From contig MCFE01000360.1 in the NCBI GenBank assembly GCA_002104905.1, positions 23,341 through 87,340 on the forward strand: 64,000 nt of DNA, read 5' to 3'. The first letter of the stretch is position 1; every line of letters begins with the position of its first letter. A model generated the notes under the pieces. The model did no database searches and was not told where the DNA came from. It saw only the letters and a program-made list of their open reading frames with translations. Shown here piece after piece: positions 25,951 through 38,984 of the stretch. Both the position numbers and the translations under genes were made by a program. This stretch comes from Basidiobolus meristosporus CBS 931.73. Its lineage: Eukaryota > Fungi > Basidiobolomycota.

Positions 25951-26888
25951 TTAGTTGTCTTGGAGTTAAGAGAAAGGGTAGTTGTGGGATTGATGGTACC
26001 TGTCTCTATAAATACTTAAAGCTGTCCCATCAATTCTGAAATATGCCTGTTTGCATTAGGATGCTCGTCAATGCATTAATCAATAACGAACAATCCCTCC
26101 AAGTATTTTGATACACTTGATTCAGAACCAATGGCAATCGTATAACATGGGGAAAACAATGGGCCTGGTTAGAGGTGAGGATCGCTGAATCCTGATCATG
26201 ATAGGATGGATAAGGTGCCAATTCCAGGTCTAGTGATAAGCATTGGATGTCTTTCTCCCAGTGGATGATAAACATTCCTTGTTGAAGACTTGGTAACTAG
26301 GTAATCGCTGCTTCAGGCTAGTATCAAAAATTTCCCTTGTGGATCATTACAAGTGAAACAACTCGGATGGCACTTCAAAACCGAGCTAATGCCTGAGCTA
26401 ATCAACCAGCATCCCAACATGGCACCATCTCTCCTAGTTTCGACGCTGAATTTCCACCTCCTTACTATAGTACATGATTAGGTTTCAAATCACAATATGA
26501 TCGCTAGAGTAACTAGACATCATAATAGATTGGGTTGATTTCGGGGGCATCGTGTCTTGTTCGTAGGTTGCCGAAGCCCATGCGAAATCCTCGTAGAAAT
26601 ACCACAAACGCCGGAATATAATCCGAACAATCTGTCCTTTTGCTTCTATCAGATGCGCGCAGTGGTGAACCTATGGCACCATATGTTTCACAGGTGACTT
26701 GGGTTTAGGATTGATATCTTACAATTGCCCCCTACTTTGATTGCGCATTATGCAATCAAGAGCCCCGACTTTGACTCGGTTCGGACTCTTTCGGGGGGCC
26801 GATGGCCTAGATGTCCAAGAAGGGTTGCATTTTGTAGCTGAAATGCGTCGCCAGGTGTAGATTTGCCGTTTGAATCCTTTTAGTGGCC

Positions 26889-27565
26889 ATGAAGATCCCC
26901 AGTGTTCGCAACAGCCCTCGTGTTATCAATGCTACTGAAGCTAGTGAACTCTACGCCAACTACACAATGCTCAAGAAATCATGGTATGTCAGAGGAATAC
27001 ATCCTCCAATCTGATGGACTGAAGACCCATATGTTTCTACGTGGACCAACATTCACATTGCACTAGGGCCATCCTTGCAACGTACCAGAGTACACCCAGC
27101 AAGTTGAATTATATGCTTCAAAGTGCATGACATACCGTGGTAGCAGTAGTAGCGGGTTGAGAGGCTGCTGATATGATATATGGTTAGATTGGTAGAGTTG
27201 TGATCCAGCAGAGAACATACGCTTCTTCAGAATTTGCCGCCAATATTATGTATATGCAATCGAATGGGGAATGCTGTAGCACAAAACGATAGATCCTAGT
27301 ATACTTCGAAGCGATCGATTACAAAATCGATCTTTTCCCCATTATAGGACGCATCACCCCTGGCTGGGAAGTTGTATTGGGATTGAGCTTTCAACCCGAT
27401 CAATGTGAAGATTGCCACCGCCATGTCTCTAGAGGTTAGCAAGCCTACTGGTTCGGTGAGCTCCATGAAACCTCAGCTCTGGTATGGCGTTTATCACACC
27501 AAGTAATACTTCCTCTAACGCAGCTGTTACCCATGTTGCTGAATCTGGATAAAATCACACCCTGA
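26889..27565 (+). CDS. Possible small multi-exon gene
   Basis: ATG exon MKIPSVRNSPR...KKSW ends at a gtatgt donor, intron ends cactag; later open segment GRITPGWEVVLGLSFQPD. Exon joining uncertain. Confidence 0.3.
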
Positions 27566-28362
27566 TCAGAATGATGATCTCTTGGTGCACCAATAATCTC
27601 ACCCGCGGCTCTAGAAAAATCTTGATCCATTTCGAGACCCCCCACAATTGTTATCTAGTTTGATATCTGCTTGATTGATTGCAAAAAGCAGTCCGGCATT
27701 TCTCACGTATATCCTCCAAATCTGGTGAAAGGCCTCATCCACAGATTATCAATATTTACATCTTGCAACCGTCCACCTGACTGTCAGAAGTTGTTCTAGC
27801 ATACGTTAACCCAATGACGTCTCAAGGCCACATATTGTCCCCCTTCTGTGCTCTGAGGCTATCGTGGCCCGGATGAAACTAGGCCTGGGCAACAGTAGAC
27901 GCTTATCGGCTAGAGTTGTTTGACCGGTATTCATCTAAAACTGCGTCTAAGCATAAATTGGGATGTCTAGTACTGGTCTTATGGCTAGCTATCTATTAAA
28001 CTAATATCAACCCTATCAAATAGCGAAATCGCTGCACCGTAGTCAACATGGGCTACGATAGGTGAGAGTATTACACGCTTATCTTAGATAATAGGTGTGG
28101 TGAACAAGAAATCTCCAAATATGGACTTGGTTGCGTTGTGCCACTTTCCAAACAGTCATTTTTCCCTTTTAAAGAAGGGTAGCTATGGGATACATGTGGC
28201 ACCGTGAGAGCACCCTAAATGTCATTCTCTGAGGATATATAATCACGGTGTATTAACGATGAAGCAGCTTCGCATACAACGTTCCTCTTCTTTCAGCGAC
28301 CCCTTAAAAGCTAATCTTGCCATTTCTCATTTACCACATCTCGTAAACCTTGCCCCAGGAAA

Positions 28363-30212
28363 ATGACTTTCGGTCCCAATTCTTGGACTCCAGTCCCCGG
28401 AGCCTTCATTCAAAAAGTAGGAAAAGGTATCGAGAATGCTCCACCAATATCCTAGAATACTCGGCTAACTAGGCTCTAGATGTACATGCGTATAAAAATG
28501 AAATCGGACCAAAGGCCGTGGTGGTAATGGGTAGGTGGTTTGTCGGACATGTGATACTTGTCATTCTATCTGTTAACTATGAGTGCCAAGTGGGATTGCC
28601 AGCTAGAGGAAAGAGCTACATTGTTAAAAAGCTGAAGCGGTACCTGTCCTGGTTAGGGTTCAAGACTATGGTAAGCCTTGGACGCGTTTTCTCTAAAAGC
28701 AATGCGACATTGTCGTCCTGTACGGCACAAATCTAACATGGTCGTACCATGCCAGGTGTTTAATGTTGGAAACAGAAGAAGAACGTGTGCCGTTGAGACA
28801 GAAATCAAGACGGGCTGTAAGCAAAATCATACCTCGGACTTCTTCAGCCCAAACAATTCAGATGCTAAGACTCTGCGTGATCAGCTCGCAATGGACACTT
28901 TGAACGAGGTCATTGCGTGGCTGAACGATGGGGGGAAGGTTGGAATCTTAGGTATGTGCTGGGCTACACTCCGTTGAGCGCTATTCATATGCTGATTCGC
29001 ATTCTTCCTTACAGACGCGACAAATTCTACAAAAGAGAGAAGGTTCGTAGCTGGTCTACGACACGCCTACACATATACTGATCAGTTTCTTTAGACAAAG
29101 GATTATTGACCGCTGTGCACGAGAAAGCGATATCAACATCCTATTTGTGGAGAGTATATGTACAGACCCAAAGGTTTTGGAACGAAACATGCAGTTGAAG
29201 CTTTCAGGCCCCGACTACCGGGATCAGGATTCAGAAGCCGCATTGGCAGACTTCCAGGCTCGGGTGACTAACTATGAAAAGGCCTATGAGACCATTGACG
29301 ACGAGGAGGACGAGGATATTCAATACTGCAAAATCATCAATGTAGGCAAGAAGGTAAGAATGAGGGGCAAAGGAAGTGGCGAGATTGCATAATCGCTAAG
29401 TACCGGATTTTCCCGTAGGTGATCGCTCACAATATCCAGACCTTCTTGGCTGGCCAATGCGTATTTTACCTGATGAATATGAACCTTGCTGAAAGACAAA
29501 TCTGGCTAACCCGGCATGGCGAGAGTTTGGATAACCAAGGCGGAAAAATCGGCGGTGACTCTCCGGTAAGTTGGTTGCATTTGACCATGATCATTGTGTA
29601 GCCCACGCATGCTAAAAAGTCCTGTAGCTTTCACCTGAAGGCCACGAATATGCAGAGGCGCTGGCAGCGTTCATGGCCGAAAAGCAGCGGAGTTTCCGAT
29701 GCTCAGAATCGAACGTGCAACCTCAACTTACTATTTGGACGAGTATGCTGCGACGAGCAGTTGAAACGGCGGAGAACTTTGACCCCGAAGAGTTCGACAT
29801 CAAACATATGAAGTTCTTGAATGAAATCTACGCTGGCGTCTGTGAGGGGATGACTTACAAGGAGATCCAGGAGAAATTCCCTGACGAATTCAAGGCTCGT
29901 TCCGCCAGTAAATTCTATTATCGGTATCCAGGAATGGGTGGAGAAAGCTACTGTGATGTGATCCAACGACTCTCGCCCGTGATTGTGGAGTTGGAAAGAA
30001 CCAGAAACAGCGTCCTGATCATCACCCATCGTGCCATCATGCGGTCGCTTTTGGCTTACTTCATGGACATCCCCCTGCGACAAATGACCAATTTGGAGAT
30101 CCCATTAAACACGCTCTATTGCATTGAAGCCAAGCCCTATGGCAACGTGTTGTGCAAGTACGAATATTCCCTGGATGCGAAAACATTCCTGCAGGTGGAA
30201 AACACCATATGA
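28363..30212 (+). CDS. 6-phosphofructo-2-kinase / fructose-2,6-bisphosphatase, multi-exon
   Basis: VMVGLPARGKSY Walker A, VFNVGNRRR, DATNST, ESICTDP, GPDY; phosphatase WLTRHGES, LNEIYAG, RYPGMGGESY, IITHRA; many short GT-AG introns. Paralog (PFK26 vs FBP26 type) not assigned. Confidence 0.95.
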
Positions 30213-30989
30213 CGTCGTCACCCTGACTGCTGATCATCTTGCATGCTCTACCCTTCGATATAATATTTTTGTTATGCAGTGAAACCTCATTGTTAATTGC
30301 AACCCTCTTGAACTATCCAAAGGAAACTAATCGCTCCCGAAATATAGTCATCTATACATGTCTAAATCACTAGTTCGCTTTAACAATGCTCCATGGTTTC
30401 CGCATCCTGTCATCTCGGTAGCACCATATCTTATGCAATATACAGACAGTTGTATGCACTATCCTAGGCAAATTTCGAAGCCCAGCTTTCTGAAAGGTCT
30501 GGAGTAATGCAAAGTTTATGGCGGTATTTGTGTTATGAGAAACACAGAGAATTCGGAGGTGATTGGGAGAACAAGCAGATTGTGTGGTTTTCACTTAAAG
30601 ATATACCGAATGTACAAGTGGTATCTATACCATATAGACAATACCTCCAGCAGTTCCAGTATTACTTTATTCATACTCTTCATTCACATTTTTGCTCCTA
30701 TAGATATATGGCTTGTTCCTTTATATCATCAATGATTGAGCCATATGGCAGTACATATTCAGATACTGATTTGATATGGCATGTATGTGCATGAAGGCAA
30801 AGTTTTATCCTAATTTGATACACACACTCATATGCCATCATTTTATGGCCCCTAAGAAAAGGCCAGCACAGAAGTATCAAAATATCAACCAAATTATAAT
30901 TATCAATGTACTTACAACTCCCAATATCCTATGATGGTGTTTTGCTGCCTTGACTCTCTAATATCTTTGTGAAAAATGACTGCAATGCT

Positions 30990-31720
30990 CCTGTCAAAAG
31001 GCCATCACAAAATTTCAATCCCATGACCAACAGGTGTTGATGCCACAATGACATCATGCAAGAACCACAGGATAGGATTGCACCACAGATTTCCCAGAAA
31101 CTTGGTCAAAATGTTTCATCTCAACAGTATGATGTAGCTTTTGATTGGTTCCCTGCTATTTCTCTTACATTTTATCCCAGACACTCAATCATTTGCAATA
31201 TCTGTACACATTGGTTTGCTAGTGTCTCTCTCTCACACACCTCATGTCCTGACTCAACCAGTGCTTTTACTATTCATGAATACAAGTTGGTCTATTTCTG
31301 CTGAATCACCAGTTATAGCTCAATGGCAGCACGTACTGACCTATCCAAGTCCCTGTACACTACACTAACCCCTATGAAAAATAATTGTGATGATCCCATC
31401 AAAAGGCCATCACAAAATTTAAATCCTATGACTAAGAGGTATTGATGCCAATAAAGCACCATGCAAAGACCATTTGAAATAAATTGCACCCCGGATTTCA
31501 CAAAAATCTTAGTCAAAATTATTCATCACAACCATACATAAGTGGCATTTGATTGGTTCTCTGGCAATTCTCTCACTTTCTGATCCCAGACACTCAGTTA
31601 CCTTCCTACATTTGTGTACATTGATTGGCTATTGCCTCTTTTTTGTACTCCTTACTTCTTGACTCAAGCAATGCTCTTGCTTTTCATGCATATGAATTGG
31701 TTCATTTCCTTTCAATTGTT
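30990..31720. repeat. Diverged tandem duplication, period 405 bp
   Basis: aaaaggccatcacaaaattt at 30996 and 31401; collinear anchors tttgattggttc, atcccagacactca, tgactcaa. Confidence 0.85.
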
Positions 31721-32394
31721 GGTTGTACCTCAATTACCAATTGTATTGACCTATACAAGTCCCTATACCCTGCACTAATACTAAGCCCAACCCTATACTC
31801 AACAAGTAACTCCATTAAAATCCACTACTCAATAAGTATTTCTGCTGTAACACTCTGTTTCCATGACTTTGGCAGGAATCCTACAGCTTTATGCCACCAT
31901 TCATTCACTGATTCCCATATGTCCTAATCTTTGGCTGGCACTGCAATGTCTAGCACCTCATCTGCTAGTCTTTGCAATAAATCCTTGCAATATTCAGGTC
32001 ATTTTCTTGAGCACTGCTCTTGAAGAAGTGCTCTAACATCTTAGTGTACATATTAATGTAATAAAACTCTACTGAAGTCAATATAATAACCTTTCAAGTT
32101 CTTAACATTGTGACTTTGTCTGTTGGCGGAATCTCCACTCTGTCAACAATGGAGGATGTGGAGGCTGTAGTAGACAAATTGCCTTTCTCTGAAAACTGAT
32201 CTACCTCACTGGAGTGTAGCTCAACTGGCTGCTCTTCCAACTCTTGTGAAAACAGCTGTTTTCTTGTTGGTAATTCTTCTTGGCTATGATGGGATTCAAT
32301 CTATTCTGGGCTTATGGCGTAAATTGGCAAGAACTGCAGCTTTTTTCTTATGCTTCCCTGTCTCTGGCTTGGGTAGACTTTCTCCCCTTTACCT

Positions 32395-32755
32395 TATCCC
32401 TATCACTGCCAGGTCTTTTACTGCTGCTTTGTCTCAGTGCTTCTTGTGTTGTACTGCATTTTATCCTTGATAAGTGCTGCCCTGATGCATCTGTTTTAGC
32501 CTGCTTGTCCCTTGCTGGCACTCTGCAGGCAACCTGATGCATCTTTCCTGCTTGTTTCAAGCTCTCAGCCCATGCAGTGACAGGTTTCTGAGGTAGCTGC
32601 TGGTTTTTATCACTCCCAGGTCCTTCACTGCTATTATGAGTGATTGCTTCTTGAGTGGAACTAAGCTTTCTCCTTGATAAATGTTGTGCTGGTGCATCTG
32701 TGTCTGCTTGCTTATCCCATATTGGCACTCTTCCAGCTACCTGATGTCCCTTTGA
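32395..32755. repeat. Diverged tandem duplication, period 207 bp
   Basis: atcactgccaggtc (32402) vs atcactcccaggtc (32609); the minus ORF 32348-32758 repeats HQVA.RVP..DKQA.TDA..QHLSR at 69-aa spacing. Confidence 0.85.
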
Positions 32756-32762
32756 CACTTGT

Positions 32763-34800
32763 TTGGAGCTTTTGGCCCTGAATTATAGCACTCAGTATCA
32801 ATCAAGTGCAAACATATCCAATGTATTTGATGGCAAACATTACAAACAGCTAAAAAGCAAGGGCTACTTTGAAGGTACATATGACCATGCCTTTGCTTTG
32901 GCACTTGATGGATTCTCATTAAACAAGTACACTACCAGCAAACCCTGCTGGCCACTGATTCTCATCAACCTGAATATACTGCATATATTACAGTATCAGA
33001 GCAGAAATCCAATGGTAGTCTCACTAGCATCTGGGCCTAAATCTCTCTCCAGCCAGGATAGCTACCTCTATATATTGCAGGTTGAATTTTGTATGCTTTC
33101 AAGCAGGATTACAGAAAATGGCCATCATGACAAAGCATATAGTATTATCTGAATTGGGGATACCCCAGCCATCAGCCAGATAGCTGACTTTTCTGGGCAC
33201 AATGGAAGGTATTACTGTGGAATGTGTGAGATCCAGAGGGCTTACTCCATAACTCACACTCATTATTATTATTATTACCCAAACACCAACACTAAGAACA
33301 GCATCTTCCTGCCAAGACAACATACAGAAGTCAGTAGGTTTTTCCGGGCACAATGGATGGTATTGCTGTCAAATGTGTGAGATCCAGGGGATATACTCCA
33401 TAACTCACACACATTATTATTACCCATACACCAGCACTAAGAACATCATCTTTCCACAGAGAGAGCATACAGAAGTCAGCATGTAATTGCAGAAAAGTTG
33501 GCAAGCTATAAGCCATTGGCCAGAGTATGGAATCAACCAGAAACTGGAGATACTTAAGATAGAGGGTATCTGTTGGAGCAAAAGCTTTCCACTGGGAGCA
33601 ATGTATATGCTCTCAATAATATCCCTATACTCATGACTAAGTGGTACATGGGGCATTTCAGCTTAATGGGCCCTTTGAGATCCCCAAGAAATTTGGAAGA
33701 ATTGGTAAGATATTACAGAGGATCTGCTACTCCAGGTACTTCTCATGGGCTCCAATCAAGATTCACATACATATGCATTAATAAAAGTGCAAGGACTGGA
33801 TGAACTGGATGTATATTTATTCAAGTGTCCTTCTGAAGCCATTTCTACTAAGAGTACATTGGAAGCATTGGGAGTCATATGTGGACATTGTAGGAATATT
33901 TATCCAGTAGTAGGTTGCCAATGCCAACTTGATGCCACTACAGCTTTTGTGGAAGGGGTTTGTGATGGGCTTTGAGTGGCTATACTACAAACATAAAGCT
34001 AGGTATGTAGATATCTGATACTACTATATGCATTCTTTACTCCATCTTGCTTAGTGCATGGAGAATGTTGAGCCTTGCTTCACCTTTTGGGAGTTTCCTA
34101 TGGAGCAGATGCATGGGGTGATAGGAAGACAAGTCAAGTTACAGGTACTACCATATCCTAATCTCATCAAGAATATTACCTTCAAGTCTGTTATGGATTT
34201 GATGAGTTGGCACATGGAGGACAGCCAGGAAGAGCTGGAAAATACTGAGGACAGATGTGCACATGGAGAAACCTATGCCTATGGCATTAAGAAGCTAAGC
34301 AGCCCCAATGCCTGTGTAATCAGATAAGTAATGCAAAGCTAGGTTGGCTGCAACAAGCAACTAATTTTTATTAGGAAAGCTCTACCAAAGTATGCTGGTT
34401 TTCTCTTGGTCATAAGCCACTTTCTACACTATTCAATAGAGAGTTCCCACAGTCAAGAGCCAGAGTACACCTATCTGGGGGACTAGAATCCAGCAGGGAG
34501 AGGTATTATATTGGCTAAATACCAAAACACCCTTTGCAGATATTCAGGAGGTATTCATGGCAGAGGTGGCAGCAACCAAGCATATGTTTGCAAGATGTAT
34601 ACGTTGCCAGCAATACAAGGAATATGGAAACTCTGCATGTATCACACTAAAAAGCTATAAAGTTGAGGTGGTAGAAGTATGTCTAATGCAGCAGGTGTGC
34701 AAGTTTGTAGAGGTTAGTAAACAGGAGGCCATAGTTTTTAGATTCAAACCATGGGTGGAATACCCAAGGTATCAGTGGGTAAGTAAATAAAGAGGGGTGA
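32763..34800 (+). mobile_element. Degenerate CACTA/EnSpm-like (Transposase_21/Tnp2-type) DNA transposon, copy 1
   Basis: NVFDGKHYKQL..GYF...ALALDGF...CWPLILINLN..., GPK, GDTPAIS....GHNGRYYCGMCEI, LLHLA...PCFTFWEFPMEQ..G; many stops and frameshifts; no TIR identified. Confidence 0.8.
33189..33479 (+). repeat. About 150-bp diverged tandem duplication inside the CACTA relic
   Basis: gggcacaatgga...atgtgtgagatccag...actccataactcacac...catacagaagtcag occurs at about 33189 and 33340. Confidence 0.85.
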
Positions 34801-34879
34801 TTCTACAGTAAAGTACATGAATTGTGCACGGGGAGGTAGATAAAGGAAAAACCACTTGGCAGATTGGTATGGTTGCATT

Positions 34880-35230
34880 ATACAGAACTAGCTTTAGGCT
34901 GCAATACTGTTGTTGTAATGCTGTCAGAGGCTTGCAATAAGGCTGTCAAAACACTGTCAAGTTTTCTGCCATATGAGGTAATTGGATGTACATGCTGGTT
35001 AGATCCACTCAAATAGTTGTAGAGCACACTAAGACTGCAACAATGCCATGCCACCCCTGGCAAAAGACTGCCCAGACACTGTAATGTTCCTAACTTTACT
35101 TGGTGGTAAATTGGCCAAATGCCATTATGATCTTGTCATAAGATTGTGTAGAGGGTCATTGATTCCAAGCTGCAGGTATTATTATGGTCTCCTGAGAGGA
35201 TCCCAAAGGCTGATCTGTGCTGGATCCACC
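34880..35230 (-). mobile_element. Possible fragment of a different Ty3/Gypsy RT-thumb/RNase H region
   Basis: Degenerate TLYTIL*QD...W...HQ and HPITSYGRKL resemble PLy.Ll.kd...W...hq and hPiay.SrkL. Confidence 0.3.
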
Positions 35231-35282
35231 CACAGAACCAATATATTTTTCATAGGGTGTATGCAAGATTAATAGATGTGAG

Positions 35283-35645
35283 TGCTTCTATATTGAGCAA
35301 GAACACACAACAGGACTCATTACACAGGATCATACCTGTGACAATCCCTACCATTTCCACTCCATATTTAATATCCCAATGTTACACATGTTCCAGAATA
35401 CTTATTCTTATTTGATTGGATGTGTTGTGCCTCTTAGAATCTTCTGGTATCTACTTAGAACACTCTTAGCTCATTCTGATGTCATTAAGACTTCTATTGT
35501 TCTCTGAAACCTTCTGGAACACCATAATTAGCATTCACAATGAGCAAAGTATATAAAGGAGGTAATCCTTCAACAATAAATCATCATCTCTTTTATCAAT
35601 ATAACAACTTGTACATTAGTGTGATCACTGCTACCTGCTGCTACC
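35283..35645 (+). repeat. LTR-like repeat family 2, copy 1
   Basis: Collinear with the reverse complement of about 38985-39355 (atccctaccatttc, ttggatgtg.tgtgcct.ttagaa, TATA-like box followed by caataaatca, tgatcactgc). Confidence 0.65.
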
Positions 35646-37239
35646 TGAACTTCCAATCCCTGACCACAGGACACTCCCAGGAAACTGAGCTGACAGCCAA
35701 CTACTTTTGGAGGCACTACTTATAAGGATCACTTGAAGTAGCTATCTTTTATTATGCTTAATACTTTCCCAAGCTTGTTCTTGTACAGGCAAAGATGCTT
35801 TTCTGTCTGCAGAACTACTGATCACAGCTGCATTCTTATCAAGTCCTTGCTGGTGGAGTTTACAGTTGTTTTGACTATAAAAACATTAGTCATTGTCATC
35901 TCAAAGGATGCTGAAGCCAGCACATACTCTTGTTAAGATGCCAACTGAGTTAGTAACTGTAGCTCAATAGTTTTCCCTCAACCAGCATGTGGTGTTCTTC
36001 CCCTTCACCTTAGAGTAGAGACAAAACAAAAGTATTCCTAGAAAGCTTTGCCAGAGGTTTGTGCACCCAGTGGGCACCCCACACACAAAACACTTGAGAA
36101 GTGTGGGGCATATCCCTCTCTTGGACTTATACACCACCACAATGGTCTGTGTTTTGCCTAAGTCATACTTGACCATTCATTGGTCACTACTGTACCAGCA
36201 GTATCTTGCCAGCTGCTTGATACTCTTTTAGCAGCATCTAACCATACTTGTGACCCTGTGCCAACTGAGTCTGGTGAGGTTGTGACACCTCTAGGCTCAG
36301 CTCAGCATTTATACATGGCATGCAGAACAATAGCTCTGAAGGAGAAGGCACACCAATGGATTATCAGCCAGTCTTTCCTAACAATAATACTCTGCATAAG
36401 CCCAGCAAAATCCCAATATGCAATGAGACAACACCTGTGGAAAAAAATGCTAAGGATAATAGACCTGTTCCAATGTTCTATGCCAGGGTGTGCAGTGCAA
36501 TCTGCGGCTGTTAAGAGCAATTGAGTGCAATATTACGGACACCAGAAGGCATGATTGCTCTTGGACAATTTTGCACTATATAGGACAATCTTGCATACTA
36601 TGGCTTAATCTAACACAATGGGGTTGGCACAAATGATTGTGCCTACTTATAAGGTTTGCATCATGTGTGCAATTGGATACTACTATTATGGTAGGTAAAA
36701 TCTGGTATTTGGATATGTTTCTTGATTGTAAATGGAAATAAATACATAGCACAATATGAGCTATGCTCATACTTACCATTGTGGCTACCATCACTTCAAT
36801 TGGATGGTATGTTAGTGGTTTATTGATATAAATCTATGCCAAAGCTGTTAGACCCCAACTGGCTCATTGACCAACACATAAGCTACCAGATTTGTCATTA
36901 AATATCCCATTTTGCTCATGAAGCAAGTAAATCCCTAATTTCAGTGATTGGACAAGATGTAATTGCTAGTACACAATCAATCTGGAGGTGCAATTCAGAT
37001 CAAATAGCTGCACTGGTGTTACAGATGATTTATATATATGCAGAGTGTTTATTTATGGGGGGTCTGGTTCAATAAATATGTGATAACTTTGACATTACTT
37101 TCATCAGAAATTCAGTGATCTCTGATTTGCAATGGCTCAATTTGGATTGCAGAAAAATGCATTGTTTGGATCACAACAAGTGATAGTAATTCAATGCAGT
37201 TGCATCATCTTCACCTAGGTTTTTCTCTCAGAGGGACTA

Positions 37240-37960
37240 CTACTGCAGCATTTGGTAGTAATTCACTTTTCACACCTAAACTACTTCCTTGTTGACTGTC
37301 ATCTTGGCTATTTGAGTACTCATAGTCAGTATTTTGCCTCCCAATTTATGAGTGTAGTGCTGGAGCCTGGCCATGCTGAATTGCTCCAGATGATGTTACA
37401 GAGCTGGCCTGAAGTACAATGTGTTGATGCATTCTGTTACTTGCTAGAGACTCTAATGGTGAAGGCACTTCAAGCAGGTCAACATCAGTCAGTTCACCAG
37501 AAGTAACTTGTTGATGGTCATGTGTAATGGCATGCACACATGCAACTTAGTGTGTTGGTAAGGCCCCTGGCTAAGTTTGATGTGAATCTACATGTTTATG
37601 TGACTTGGCTTGCTCCAATGGACTTGTGTCTAATTGAGCAGTTTGGTAAGTACTGGTGATATTGCTCTGAAGCACATGCATTGACTCAATGTGGGGCACA
37701 CTTGTAAAGTGTGTTGGTGTAGATTGTACTGACATGTGCCAGTGCACTGGTGTTGCAAGGGATGTTAAAGAGCCCAGCAAGGCATGCTGGCTGAATCTAG
37801 ATACAGGTGCTTGTGGTCTATATTTGTCCTCTTAAAGCTCACCTTGTGATTCCTCAGGATACTCACCTACCCTCTGTCTGATACTTTGGAACTTTTTCTT
37901 GATGAGTCTGGTTTTATTGCTCTCAAACGCTACTTGGCTCTACTGATATATCACATAGTG
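37240..37960 (-). repeat. Unclassified repeat family 3, copy 1
   Basis: Reverse complement matches 47800-48200 (gagagcaataaa, gttccaaagtat, agaccacaagca, cattggagcaagccaagt) and 53161-53310 (agcaattcagca, ctccagca, agccaagat). Confidence 0.8.
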
Positions 37961-37989
37961 CATTAGTCATTTGAGGCCAAACTCTTTCA

Positions 37990-38745
37990 AAATCACTTAG
38001 ATTTCCAAAGTTGAGAGACAAATGGACAAATAAAATTAATATTGTTATGACAAAACTTTTGATGAATGGTTGTTATTTTATACAGTATAACTACTTTTCT
38101 ATACTAACCTGGTTTATTTTGTTAATGTATCAAATACATTCTCTTAAAAAAAAAACCAAAAATGAACTTGGATCTGTAAGACTTAATTTTTTGTTTGTTG
38201 ACTAAGCAATTGGACTAATATTGCAAAAATCAATTGTTTTAAGCTAATATTCATTTGGCATTAGGTTTGTTGTCTGAACATCATGCTTATGATTGCATAA
38301 ACTCTGTTGCTTGTCAACATATTTTGAATACAAAACTTGAAAATGCTACTACAAATTCTTCACCCACACCCAAAGTTGTATTACAAATTCTAAAAAATTC
38401 AACTACTTACAACACTGTTTCTTTCCTTGTATCAAAGCTTTCTGAACCAGGATTTGCCACATTTTTGCTTAAAACAGATCCAACATATTGTCCAAGTTCA
38501 AATTTTATAACCAGGTTAATAGCATCAGCATTGTTTAACTATTATACATTGGAATTTCCAGCTGAAGAATTCATATACAGATAAAAATGTGTATCCTTTT
38601 GGATATATTCATAAAACTAATGTGTATGGATATTCCTATTCTATCACACCATTTAATTTATACAACAACTGAAATTATTGCAGTCTATCTTCTTATGGTA
38701 GTTCATCTAAGAATACCAAAACATCTATTTATTTTTCTATCTCAG
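37990..38745. other. AT-rich island 1
   Basis: Visibly much more AT-rich than surrounding TE relics, with A/T tracts; broken ORF-like segments with no recognised family. Confidence 0.6.
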
Positions 38746-38984
38746 ACGCTGTGGTGGTGCAGAGGTACTCCGGGGAGAAACTACTCAACTCATGGTGAGT
38801 GAGGTGTTTGATGGGTGCAATAACCTCTGTGTCTAAACTGCTGGTATCTTTGTCAATATGTCACTATGGTTAAAGCTCCTGCTTCTCTAGCTTCCTAGGT
38901 GCTCCAAGTGTCTCCAAAGGCCTCTGTGTGTCTTGTGCACTACCCTGAAAAGCTCCTTGATGGCAGGTCCAAGATGTACTGTTG

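Noticed and set aside
26761-26800. ccccga...tcgggg hairpin
   Set aside because: Six-bp stem only; no ncRNA features.
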